A DNA stretch of 57,905 nt, taken from assembly GCA_023433835.1 (NCBI GenBank), contig JAEYTW010000741.1, positions 1 through 57,905 of the forward strand, given 5' to 3'. This document shows positions 1 through 8,351 of the stretch, piece after piece; positions within the stretch are counted from its first letter, which is position 1, and every line of letters starts with the position of its first letter. The notes under the pieces are model-generated. The model was not told the origin of the DNA. It saw only the letters and a list, made by a program, of their open reading frames with translations, and made no database searches. Source of the DNA: Pseudomonadota bacterium (GTDB lineage: Bacteria > Pseudomonadota > Alphaproteobacteria > Ferrovibrionales > Ferrovibrionaceae). Made by a program: the position numbers and the translations under genes.

Positions 1-743
1 GGCGGCAAACGTACGGTCGTCGCGCTGGGTAGAGCCGCGCCAGCTGCACTTATGGCAGCGGGCTCGGCCGAGCGAGCCATTGCCGCGTATGCGCGGGCTT
101 TGGCTGCCTGCTCCGCCTTCGCGTGCATCGCGGCCTCGGCGGCTCGTGCCCGCTCGGCTTCCTTGCGGGCCACTTCCTCAGGGTCGATTTTCTTCGCCGC
201 CCCCTCCGCCATAGCGCGCAGCGAAATGCGGATCGGCTTCTCGCCACCGGTGATCACCAGCTCGCCTTTGACGGGGCCGTTCTCGTCCGGCACGCGAAGC
301 GCCACCCGAATGGTGCAGTTGGCGCCGACCGCGATCGGCTCCCCGCGTCGACAGGTGCCGCCGGCGAGCTCGATTGGCCCGACGACGGACACGTCCGGGA
401 CCGGCGGCGCCTCAAGCCCGGTATCGTTGGATAGGACGACCTGGGCTTCGAGGCGGCGGTTCGCCACCACCTTGCCAAAGTCGATGTCGGTTTGAGCCGC
501 TCGGAGAGGCGCCGGCCGGCGGGCGACGGCGACCGCCGGGGCGGCACTCGATTCAGTGAAGCCGGCGCCTGACGCGCCTTTCGGCAATTTGCGGTCCAGG
601 ACAGGTTTTTGATCGCCCGAAGAGAGCCACGGTAGCCAATATTCTGACGTCGCATCGGCCAGCATCGCCGCGCCGAGGACGCCGGCGATATAGAGGCCGA
701 GCCGCCGCCGGCGCGCCTGAGGGTCGGTCTGGGTGTTCGTCAT
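1..743 (-). CDS. T4SS-operon membrane protein in the VirB10 position; 3' end lies outside the window
   Basis: Absent from the ORF track because it has no stop in the window. ATG at 743-741 overlaps the TGA of the virB9-like gene (ATGA), and hand translation stays open to nt 1. Sequence: MTNTQTDPQARRRRLGLYIAGVLGAAMLAD... = basic N-terminus, one TM helix, a beta-rich segment (IDFGKVVANRRLEAQVVLSN...CTIRVALRVPDENGPVKGELVITGG), then an Ala/Lys/Glu coiled coil. No VirB10 barrel is visible in the part present. Confidence 0.5.
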   Translation of the reverse strand, partial: MTNTQTDPQARRRRLGLYIAGVLGAAMLADATSEYWLPWLSSGDQKPVLDRKLPKGASGAGFTESSAAPAVAVARRPAPLRAAQTDIDFGKVVANRRLEAQVVLSNDTGLEAPPVPDVSVVGPIELAGGTCRRGEPIAVGANCTIRVALRVPDENGPVKGELVITGGEKPIRISLRAMAEGAAKKIDPEEVARKEAERARAAEAAMHAKAEQAAKARAYAAMARSAEPAAISAAGAALPSATTVRLP

Positions 744-2041
744 GGCTTGGCGGCCGCCTGCCTGCCCTGAGGGCGGTACAGGATACAGACGATGCGCTGG
801 CCGTGACGAACGGTCATGTCCGACGGCGCACCTGGGATCGCATAGATTGTCCCATCGGCACCCAACCATTCGCCGTAGACCGGTTGGTCACTGTCGTCGA
901 TCACTCGCGCGATCACAGGCTTTGGTCCGAAATCGGCACGGGGCCCGAAGTCAACGAACACGCCGCGTCCATCGTGGAAGACCCGGATCGGCGCGATAGC
1001 TGCGGAGGGCTCGTCGACGGCCTGAACAATAAAATCGCCTGCACGCAAGGTGGCCGGATCGATCGCGAACTCGCGGCGAGGAACGCTCGCCGGCGACGGG
1101 TTTCCAAGAGCTGGTATCGCATCACCAGCTGCCGCAGACCCTCGGGCCGAGGGATAGCCGTTTGACGATCCCCCTCCAAAAAGGCTTTCTAGCCAACCGC
1201 CGGCGTCTCGGGGGGCAGGCTTGGCTTGCACCGATGGGCTGCCCGCGCGGACTGGAGCGACCATCGCAATCCACGCCCAGCGCTCAAGCCCAGCGTCGCC
1301 TAAATCAGCGACGGCGCTGCGCGGCTGCGCGACCTCGACAATCACGCGCGTGTCCGAGGCGACGTCATAGCTCAAGCCTCTTGAGTGCAAAAAGAAAGTG
1401 TACGTCCGGCCTGAGCGGCCGCGGACCCACAAGGGGGTCACCCCGGCCGCGACCTTTGGGAAGACGACAAGGCTCTGGTCGGTGACAAGCCTCGATCCGA
1501 AAGCCGTCGTGTTCCCCAATAGAGCACCTTCAGGACCGTCGATCTGTTCCCAGGCGGGTAGTTCGATAACTGCGGGGACGCTCGGGACCAGGTTCACGGT
1601 AATTGGGGTTTCGTCGAAGAAGACGCGCTTCAATCCAACCGTCGACTGATCCGGCGCCTTTGCGGGCATATTGCTTTTTCCCTTCCCCTGCCACCCCGGC
1701 GGCACGACGTCGATCGGCGCGTCGTCGACATCCATAGGCGGCACCTTCGTCGTGCTCCGCGTCGGGATGTTCTGCCCGGCAGGCGGACGATCCCGGTTGA
1801 CCTGGTCAGGGATCTCGAAGAAACCCCTGTTCTCACCACCGGGTTTCGGTTGGACGGTCTCCTGCGCCGGCGGAGGGGGCGGGTTCATGGGAGAGATGCG
1901 CTCACCTGCGTCAGCCGGCGCGGCCGGATCGAACGCCCCACCAACCTTCGGGAATTGCGGTTGGGCCGGTTGAGCCACCGAATTCGCCCCGCCGCTAGCG
2001 ACAAGGGCGGAGAGCAACAGAGCGGTAGAAGGCCAGCGCAT
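740..2041 (-). CDS. virB9: VirB9/TrbG-like T4SS outer-membrane core protein
   Basis: 433 aa. Signal peptide (MRWPSTALLLSALVASGGANS), Pro-rich spacer, then beta-rich regions resembling VirB9/TrbG domains (TVNLVPSVPAVIELP...VVFPKVAAGVTPLWVRGRSGRTYTFFL; FVDFGP...PVIARVIDDSDQPV). Follows virB8 in the operon. Larger than a typical VirB9. Confidence 0.6.
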   Translation of the reverse strand: MRWPSTALLLSALVASGGANSVAQPAQPQFPKVGGAFDPAAPADAGERISPMNPPPPPAQETVQPKPGGENRGFFEIPDQVNRDRPPAGQNIPTRSTTKVPPMDVDDAPIDVVPPGWQGKGKSNMPAKAPDQSTVGLKRVFFDETPITVNLVPSVPAVIELPAWEQIDGPEGALLGNTTAFGSRLVTDQSLVVFPKVAAGVTPLWVRGRSGRTYTFFLHSRGLSYDVASDTRVIVEVAQPRSAVADLGDAGLERWAWIAMVAPVRAGSPSVQAKPAPRDAGGWLESLFGGGSSNGYPSARGSAAAGDAIPALGNPSPASVPRREFAIDPATLRAGDFIVQAVDEPSAAIAPIRVFHDGRGVFVDFGPRADFGPKPVIARVIDDSDQPVYGEWLGADGTIYAIPGAPSDMTVRHGQRIVCILYRPQGRQAAAKP

Positions 2042-2049
2042 GAGGATTC

Positions 2050-2799
2050 CTAACGTTTCGACGTGTAGGTGAAATCCAAGATTTCGATACCGAGCGGATT
2101 GACGTAGCGGTCCTTGAAGGCCACCTGCCGGGCCCGACCTTCAACAAGGACTCTCGCTGTCCACTGCTGACGACGCTCGTATCCCTTCTCGGTGTCAACG
2201 AGCTCAAAATCGATCGTGTAATAGCCCTCGCTGACTTTGAGCGGATCGCTGACGAAGCGGACGCGCCTAGTCAAGCTCCGCTCGACCGCGCTTTGGATAT
2301 AGCGATACTGCTTGGCCTCCGCGACGAAGGCTTCGTAAAGCTCTTTCGTTTGCATCTGGCGGTAGCGGCTGGTCTCGCCCCAGCGCTCGTCCATCAGCTT
2401 GGCATTTGGGATCAGCTCAAAACGCAGCTGAATGTAGTCGAGAACGGCGCTCTCCAGCGCGAGCTCATAGGCCGTGCTTGAGCGGACCAGCGCCTCGGCG
2501 CGAACGATTTGCCGATCCTGGCTGAACGATTGGAACGCGATCGGCGTCAGCTTTTCGAGCGGCAGCAGAACCGAGAACAGATTGACCAGGCAGATCACCG
2601 CGATGATGGTAGCCAGCAAGGAAATCCCGAGGACCCGAACTACCAGTCGGTCTCCCCGGTAACGGTCCTCATGGTGGTCGCTGCTCCTGTTCGGATATCC
2701 GCCCAGTTTGTCTTTGTGCTCGACCCCTCGGTCCGGTTTTGTGAACCCAGCGAGGCGTTCCCGCAGATTGAAAATTTTCAAGATGTCACCCCGCCGCAC
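2050..2799 (-). CDS. virB8: VirB8-like T4SS inner-membrane protein
   Basis: 249 aa. Single TM helix (VLGISLLATIIAVICLVNLFSVLL), a periplasmic NTF2-like region, and the conserved C-terminal NPLG motif (RYVNPLGIEILDF). Its start overlaps the upstream lipoprotein gene. Confidence 0.75.
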   Translation of the reverse strand: MRRGDILKIFNLRERLAGFTKPDRGVEHKDKLGGYPNRSSDHHEDRYRGDRLVVRVLGISLLATIIAVICLVNLFSVLLPLEKLTPIAFQSFSQDRQIVRAEALVRSSTAYELALESAVLDYIQLRFELIPNAKLMDERWGETSRYRQMQTKELYEAFVAEAKQYRYIQSAVERSLTRRVRFVSDPLKVSEGYYTIDFELVDTEKGYERRQQWTARVLVEGRARQVAFKDRYVNPLGIEILDFTYTSKR

Positions 2800-3001
2800 G
2801 AAGCCGCTCCATCACATCTTGCTCCCATCCTTCGGGATAGGCCTGGTCCACCGGGATGCATGCGCACGGCGATCGCTTCAGAGCATCGGGCGCACGGCCG
2901 ATGCCGACCGGCCGCTCTCCTGGGCCGGGCCCACCGTCACACGCAGCGACGACAACGAGGAGCATGGCGCATCCGATCACGGCCCTAGGGAACAGCATCA
3001 T
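2786..3001 (-). CDS. small lipoprotein in the VirB7 position
   Basis: 71 aa. Lipobox LLVVVAAC followed by DGGPG. 4-nt ATGA overlap with the virB4 stop. Size and position match VirB7-type lipoproteins. Confidence 0.5.
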   Translation of the reverse strand: MMLFPRAVIGCAMLLVVVAACDGGPGPGERPVGIGRAPDALKRSPCACIPVDQAYPEGWEQDVMERLRAAG

Positions 3002-5550
3002 TCCATCTCCTCTTCCTCGTCTTCGTCATCGCTGCTGACCATGTCGTCGAGGTAGGGCACGATCCAATCGGACCCGTGCATATCCATAGCCGCCTGGGCT
3101 GCATCCAAGGCAGACCGGCCGCCGCGGAATATTTTCAGGTAATCCCCGATGACCGGGTTGAGGTCAAAATCGATCAGCACCGACTCCTTGCCGGCCGGTG
3201 TGGTTCTGATGATCAGGAAGTACCGCTTTTTCCCGCGCACCAGAGGATGCTTGCCCTTGATGATCTGGTACTCGGCCGTCGTGATCCCGAGAGGCTTGTA
3301 TTCGTCGACAGAGGCTCGCGTGTTGCGGAAAAATATCAGCGTCGGGCATTGTCCCGCGACGAAATCCAAGAGCCCGAGGTCGAGCAACTTCTTCGGTCGT
3401 TGAAAACTGAGAACCATGATACCGAGCATGCGCCGGTACTCCTGGCCCATGCGTTGGACATCTTTTGCAAAATCGGGGTTTTGCCGAAGCAGACCTTCGA
3501 TCTCGTCGAGCAGCACGCCAAAGGGGCGACGAGCGATAGCGGTGCCACGCTCTATGCGATGAAGCATGTAGTGCACCAGCGCCGCCGAAAGATCGCCGTC
3601 CTTCCAGAAGGCGTCGGTGTCGATGCTGACCAAGCGAGGGAAGCGCGAGACATCGAACGCATCGTGTGCTCCGTTCACCCATCTCCCATATGAAGCGTCC
3701 GCGATCCACGGACGAAGCGAATCCGCCACCGACCAGCCGCCGGTGGACCTGGTGCCATAGTAGGCGGTCAGCAGGGTCTTGAGGGAGCGCTCCTCCTGCG
3801 GCAGCGAGGGCAGAGATTTTTGCGCCCGATCAATCATGCGGCCGATCTCGTCGATCGCCTGAGGCTTCAGCTCTTCGGGGATCTCACCGCACCGCGCCTT
3901 CAACCAGTTCAGAAGAAACCCGCGCTCAATGTCGTCCGGCGAGGATAGGAAAGCCTGTATCGGGTTGAGCAGGACGCCGCTCCGAGCGTCATTGGATTGG
4001 GGCGTCAGATATACGCCGTCATCGCCCATAGCCTTCGTCCAGATCCACTTATCCCGATCGCGATCGAGGACGAACCACTGGACATTCGGGATACGAAGTG
4101 ATGCGGAGATTAGCCACTTCAGCAGAACGGTTTTGCCGGCATTGGTCGGGCCGAACACGGCCATATGGCCGACACTTTCCTCACCAGGATCGACATGAAA
4201 ATTGAATTTGTATGGCGCCCCGTTTATCTGGCGGAACGTAGCGATCGGATGCGGCGCCCAGCATGATCGATCATCACCGCGCGTTGGAGCCTCGAAGTTG
4301 ATCAGGTCTCCAACATTATCGCTTCTGAGGTCGCGCTGGCGGAGCCGAGCCTGGCGGCCGGGCAGGCGCGACCACCAGGCGCGGCTGGACGCGCCAGATC
4401 CATAGACGACGGCCGTCTTGCCCACCGATCGAAGCGCCAACCGCACGTTCTTGATGCCTTCGTCAACCTCGTCACGATGACCGTCGACAAACACGACCGT
4501 GCCGACAGAGAAAAAGGGCAGTTGGTCCGGGTTGTTATCGACGAGACCGGCTTTGGCCGCGGCCGCTTGCTGCGAGATGAAGGAGCCGGGCAGGCGACCC
4601 CACGGCATACCTCGGAGGCGCCGACCGACCTTGTTGCGCGCGGCTGAACGGGAATAGGGCACGACATGCTGGACGACCGTCAACTCCTGCGGGAGGGCAA
4701 GGATGCGCGGCAGTGTCGACTCAAAAACATGGCTGCCGAAGTTCGAGATCCCCAGGGCTGCTGAATAGGTCTCCTGATCGCCATCCCGGAAGATCAGCAG
4801 CCCGTCACTGCCGCGGTTCCGGCCCCCGCCCGATAGGTCCGCCTCGCTCAATCCAGAGAGCTGCTCGGCCAGGCCCGTTTCCGCAAGCCCGATCGTGGTG
4901 AATTCCAACCCCGGGTTCATCAGATCGAACCAGAAGCTCATCAGCGGCGAATACGTGGAATTGCCGGCCTGCAGGACCGCCGCGCCAAACGGCGATAGTT
5001 CCTCCAGTGCCAAATCGGTCACGCGGTTAAGGATGTCCCGCGCGCGATTGGTTTCACCGGCTACGGAGAGCACGAGGTGATGGCTGTTCACGTAGCTTCG
5101 CGTGAACTGCGCGCTGGCTAGATTGAAGATGTCCTGAAGCAGCTGCCGCGGCCACCGCCCGGTCGTGTCAAGCGTGACTTTCCGACGCCGTGAAATGGCT
5201 TTCAGCTCGATACTTGAACTCTCGGCTTCGAGCGCTTCGAAGAAGGCCCGTCGAACAAACCTGGCTCCCTGACGCTCTTCCATCGACAGGCTGGCAGCGT
5301 CGGTCCCGCTGACCGACAGCACACGGACAAGACGACCGTCGTGGCAGCGCAAGGTCAGCCCATCCGCCAGTGGTCGATCGAAAGGAATCATGTCCTGCAT
5401 GCGCGCTTCGGCTATTTCAGGATACAGCCATCGGCGAAATGGAGGGTACGCGAGTGCGCCGAGCACCCCGGCGCCCGCGATTGTCCCGCCGATCCCGATA
5501 CCCATCTGAACGAGGTTCGGGCCGGCTAGTGCCGAGAAAATTTCATCCAT
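2998..5550 (-). CDS. virB4: VirB4/TrbE-family T4SS ATPase
   Basis: 850 aa. Walker A FGPTNAGKTVLL, Walker B-like GVLLDEIEGLL. N-terminal region typical of VirB4 (CHDGRLVRVLSVSGTD...). Follows virB3. Confidence 0.9.
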   Translation of the reverse strand: MDEIFSALAGPNLVQMGIGIGGTIAGAGVLGALAYPPFRRWLYPEIAEARMQDMIPFDRPLADGLTLRCHDGRLVRVLSVSGTDAASLSMEERQGARFVRRAFFEALEAESSSIELKAISRRRKVTLDTTGRWPRQLLQDIFNLASAQFTRSYVNSHHLVLSVAGETNRARDILNRVTDLALEELSPFGAAVLQAGNSTYSPLMSFWFDLMNPGLEFTTIGLAETGLAEQLSGLSEADLSGGGRNRGSDGLLIFRDGDQETYSAALGISNFGSHVFESTLPRILALPQELTVVQHVVPYSRSAARNKVGRRLRGMPWGRLPGSFISQQAAAAKAGLVDNNPDQLPFFSVGTVVFVDGHRDEVDEGIKNVRLALRSVGKTAVVYGSGASSRAWWSRLPGRQARLRQRDLRSDNVGDLINFEAPTRGDDRSCWAPHPIATFRQINGAPYKFNFHVDPGEESVGHMAVFGPTNAGKTVLLKWLISASLRIPNVQWFVLDRDRDKWIWTKAMGDDGVYLTPQSNDARSGVLLNPIQAFLSSPDDIERGFLLNWLKARCGEIPEELKPQAIDEIGRMIDRAQKSLPSLPQEERSLKTLLTAYYGTRSTGGWSVADSLRPWIADASYGRWVNGAHDAFDVSRFPRLVSIDTDAFWKDGDLSAALVHYMLHRIERGTAIARRPFGVLLDEIEGLLRQNPDFAKDVQRMGQEYRRMLGIMVLSFQRPKKLLDLGLLDFVAGQCPTLIFFRNTRASVDEYKPLGITTAEYQIIKGKHPLVRGKKRYFLIIRTTPAGKESVLIDFDLNPVIGDYLKIFRGGRSALDAAQAAMDMHGSDWIVPYLDDMVSSDDEDEEEEME

Positions 5551-5555
5551 AAAGC

Positions 5556-5894
5556 TCAGCCCAGATAGAGTTCGCCGTTATGTGGCGGCTCGCGCAGATT
5601 GTTCTTTGTCCGCGTGCCGAATGGATTCCATCTGCTGGCGGTACTTCGTGCCTCAAGCAGGATTTCAAAGTCGGGTTCGCGAAGGAAAACGCCGGCGAGG
5701 ATGAAGTGGGCCGTTACGCCGACCAGCAGCGCCAGCTCAAGAAGATCGCTGGCGAAATAGAGCACGACGGCGCCGACGAGGTTCAGGACGAACGAGGCCT
5801 CCGGTACACCAAGAATGTGTACCGGGCCCGCGAACGCGGTCAGGACCTCGGACGTCAGCTCGACTTCGAGCTGATCGCTGATGTCGTCGTCCAC
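5556..5894 (-). CDS. virB3: VirB3-like small membrane protein
   Basis: 112 aa. Two hydrophobic helices (FVLNLVGAVVLYFASDLLELALLVGVTAHFILAGVF) followed by REPDFEILLE. Lies between the pilin gene and virB4. Confidence 0.6.
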   Translation of the reverse strand: MDDDISDQLEVELTSEVLTAFAGPVHILGVPEASFVLNLVGAVVLYFASDLLELALLVGVTAHFILAGVFLREPDFEILLEARSTASRWNPFGTRTKNNLREPPHNGELYLG

Positions 5895-5897
5895 AGA

Positions 5898-6356
5898 TCA
5901 CTCCGCCGGCGCGTTGGCCGCCGGTTCAACCTGCACCGGTATACACCAGCGCGGATCGATCGTGCCGGCCGCACAGGCCTCGGCAATGGTTGACGACGCA
6001 GCTGAGGGGGTTGCGAATTTGGCCAGCCTGTCAGCCTGGAAAAATCCGACTGCAGCGGCGGCGAGGATGGCCCATTTGCCGAGCTCCCAGCGCTGGGAGA
6101 AGTACATGTACCCGAGCATACCCGCGGCGACGATGAAGGCGATCACGCGGAAAACGTTCTTCATGAAGCCGAACCAGTCCGTCGCCACCGCCTTCACATC
6201 GGTCTCGATCGACGTGAGCTCGCTGCCGGACGTGCTCGTGTAGGTCGCCGCTTCGGCGACGCCGACGTCAAGGGATGTTGATAAGAGCGCGATCAGTGCT
6301 GCAGCTCTACACGCAACGGCTAGCAACCGGATAAGCCTGCCGAAAAAGTCAGTCAT
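5898..6356 (-). CDS. virB2: VirB2/TrbC-like T4SS pilin precursor
   Basis: 152 aa. Long leader ending VAEA|AT, two hydrophobic helices, first gene of the operon. Good RBS (GAGGGGAATACC before the ATG). Unusual Cys-containing C-terminal tail. Confidence 0.55.
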   Translation of the reverse strand: MTDFFGRLIRLLAVACRAAALIALLSTSLDVGVAEAATYTSTSGSELTSIETDVKAVATDWFGFMKNVFRVIAFIVAAGMLGYMYFSQRWELGKWAILAAAAVGFFQADRLAKFATPSAASSTIAEACAAGTIDPRWCIPVQVEPAANAPAE

Positions 6357-6434
6357 GGTATTCCCCTCATGCGGTCATCAATTGCGGGTCGAAGTCGCCC
6401 CGCCACCCGTCCTTCGACGGCGCGCTATCAATAG

Positions 6435-6534
6435 CAAAAATTAAGTCGATATGCATCAGCGCGGCACTATCTTGCGTCGCGGCTGGCCAGGTGGTTTTCA
6501 ATTCATGCTAACGATGACAAAAATTATGTCGATA
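6435..6534. promoter_or_regulatory. pair of 17-bp direct repeats in the virB2 / 6715 divergent promoter region
   Basis: CAAAAATTAAGTCGATA (6435-6451) and CAAAAATTATGTCGATA (6518-6534) match 16/17, start 83 bp apart, and lie in an AT-rich patch of the 358-bp intergenic region. Confidence 0.4.
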
Positions 6535-6714
6535 GCGGACCCCGTCAACTAATTGATTTTGCGGGAAGATCACGTAACCTGCGACATCGGCAAGACGGTT
6601 GGTCATCGCTGCGTCAGGGACGCACCAAAAATGGGCCCAGCGAAAGACTGTTCGTCGTGACAAGCCGCACCGCCGCACCTGCGGCGCACCGAGAAGTGAA
6701 AGCACTCGCACCGG

Positions 6715-7491
6715 ATGGCCGATACTCGTCGACCTACCCAGAAACAGAAACGCTCTTCGCCACAAGAGGAGATGCCCGCTGAGGTTGCCGCTCTGGCGCC
6801 TCACCGACTACTTTTGACGCTTGGGCGATCAAAAATGACGCCTGCGGAACAGCGTGCGTTGACCGCGGCCGCGGCCCTGCTCGACCCCGAAACACCCGCG
6901 TCACGGACTCGCTTCAGTGCTCGGTTTGAGAGAACTTTGCTTGCGGATTTGCAAGCTGCCAATCCGCTACCCGATATCATCCCGGGTTACATCCAACTCT
7001 CCATGATCCTCGACATCGTCGTCGCGCACCTCGAGCGGCGACTGTCGATGCCCGAGGTCGACTCCGGCATCCCGCTCACGCTCGAACTCGGCGTGCCTGT
7101 GCGGTCGCCGGTGCCGCCGACCAGGCACCATAGCTTCGATATGCCGCCTCAGCTGGTCAGGCGCATCAAAGTGGTGGCCTCAGCGAGCTCGACGAGGATC
7201 GAGGCGTTGATCTGCTCGCTCTTCCACGCCGCGCTGGAAGCGCCAGACGCCGTCGGCTATCGTGGCCTGCCCGTCGACCTGACGAAGGCTCGTGCTTTGG
7301 GTTTGGAAAAGCCCTTGGCGAAGCCCCGCCGGCGGCGTTCGAATGCCGGCGTCGCAGCAGGCGCGACGTCGCCGCAACCTGCCCAGCCGCCAGCAGCGCC
7401 CGAAGGAAAGAAGGGGCGCCGCAAGGCGCCGCCGAAGGCTGCAGCGGCCAAGCGTCCTGAGCGAAAGTATTCACCTCGTCTCAAGAGTTAG
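6715..7491 (+). CDS. hypothetical protein with a strongly basic Lys/Arg/Pro/Ala C-terminal tail
   Basis: 258 aa ORF divergent from the virB operon. Tail: KPRRRRSNAG...GKKGRRKAPPKAAAAKRPERK. No recognisable catalytic motif. Confidence 0.5.
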   Translation: MADTRRPTQKQKRSSPQEEMPAEVAALAPHRLLLTLGRSKMTPAEQRALTAAAALLDPETPASRTRFSARFERTLLADLQAANPLPDIIPGYIQLSMILDIVVAHLERRLSMPEVDSGIPLTLELGVPVRSPVPPTRHHSFDMPPQLVRRIKVVASASSTRIEALICSLFHAALEAPDAVGYRGLPVDLTKARALGLEKPLAKPRRRRSNAGVAAGATSPQPAQPPAAPEGKKGRRKAPPKAAAAKRPERKYSPRLKS

Positions 7492-7499
7492 CCCCGCTG

Positions 7500-8351
7500 A
7501 TGCGTGATCCGATCGTTGCTCCGTCGCATAGTAGTTTTCCATCAGCGCGGCGGCAGGGTGGTGCGCCACGTCTAGAGCTCGTCACGACAATCCCAATTTC
7601 ACTTCGTGCGGGCCGCGAGTGGTTAAGCCCTGGTCTGGAAGCGTTGCGAACGAGGTTGGATACTGCCGATATTTTTGATCAGTGGTCCCCGCGTGAGCTC
7701 AAGAATACTAAATTTTTGCTTGACCCAGACGAGGAAGCCCTTCTCGGCAGGGCGCGGCTCTTGCTTGGGCAGCCCATAAAGGCGGTGCCTCTGGCAAAGA
7801 TGCCAGCAGGCCAACGGGAGCGATGGCGGGCTGAAAACCCGGAGGCGGTCGTTGTCGACCCCGACCATCCCCGACGCCTCTGGCTCAAAGCAGACGCGCC
7901 CGATTTCGCCCGGCTGGCACGCCTTTATGCCGAGCCGGAATTCCGGCTGTTGGAGCCGCATCCCGCATTGCCAGGCCAGTTGGTCAAGCCTGCGCCTCTC
8001 AATCGCACGCTGACCGCCGCCCTCTTTTGCGCCCTCGACGCCCGCGGCTTCTTTGCTTCGCAGGAATCCGAGATCGCGACGCTTATGAACGCAGGGGCCG
8101 ATGCGATGTCGCTGGCCGAGCGTTTCCGCGCAGCTGCCTCGCCGGCCGGCCGTTGGAATTTCGAGCCGATACAATCGCCCGCAGAGTGGCGGTCATGGGC
8201 CCGGGCCCTGCTGGGGCCAGAAGCGGGCGAGGTCGATCCTGGGGTCGAGGACCTGGCGATCGACGTCGACACCAGCGACGACGCGACTCTGGTGCAGGCC
8301 CTTCGGTTGCTCCGACACGACAGAAATTTATCGCTCCCGATCCCCGGCTGA
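7500..8351 (+). CDS. hypothetical protein
   Basis: 283 aa ORF 8 nt after the previous gene. Coding-like composition, no motif recognised. Its 3' end overlaps the convergent relaxase gene. Confidence 0.45.
   Translation: MRDPIVAPSHSSFPSARRQGGAPRLELVTTIPISLRAGREWLSPGLEALRTRLDTADIFDQWSPRELKNTKFLLDPDEEALLGRARLLLGQPIKAVPLAKMPAGQRERWRAENPEAVVVDPDHPRRLWLKADAPDFARLARLYAEPEFRLLEPHPALPGQLVKPAPLNRTLTAALFCALDARGFFASQESEIATLMNAGADAMSLAERFRAAASPAGRWNFEPIQSPAEWRSWARALLGPEAGEVDPGVEDLAIDVDTSDDATLVQALRLLRHDRNLSLPIPG

Noticed and set aside
52-495. Plus-strand ORF 52..495 and minus-strand ORF 254..655
   Set aside because: Both overlap the edge-open minus-strand frame, which is translationally coupled to virB9 and has a TM helix and domain-like sequence. 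These two have the Arg/Ser/Ala-rich composition typical of off-frame ORFs in high-GC DNA.
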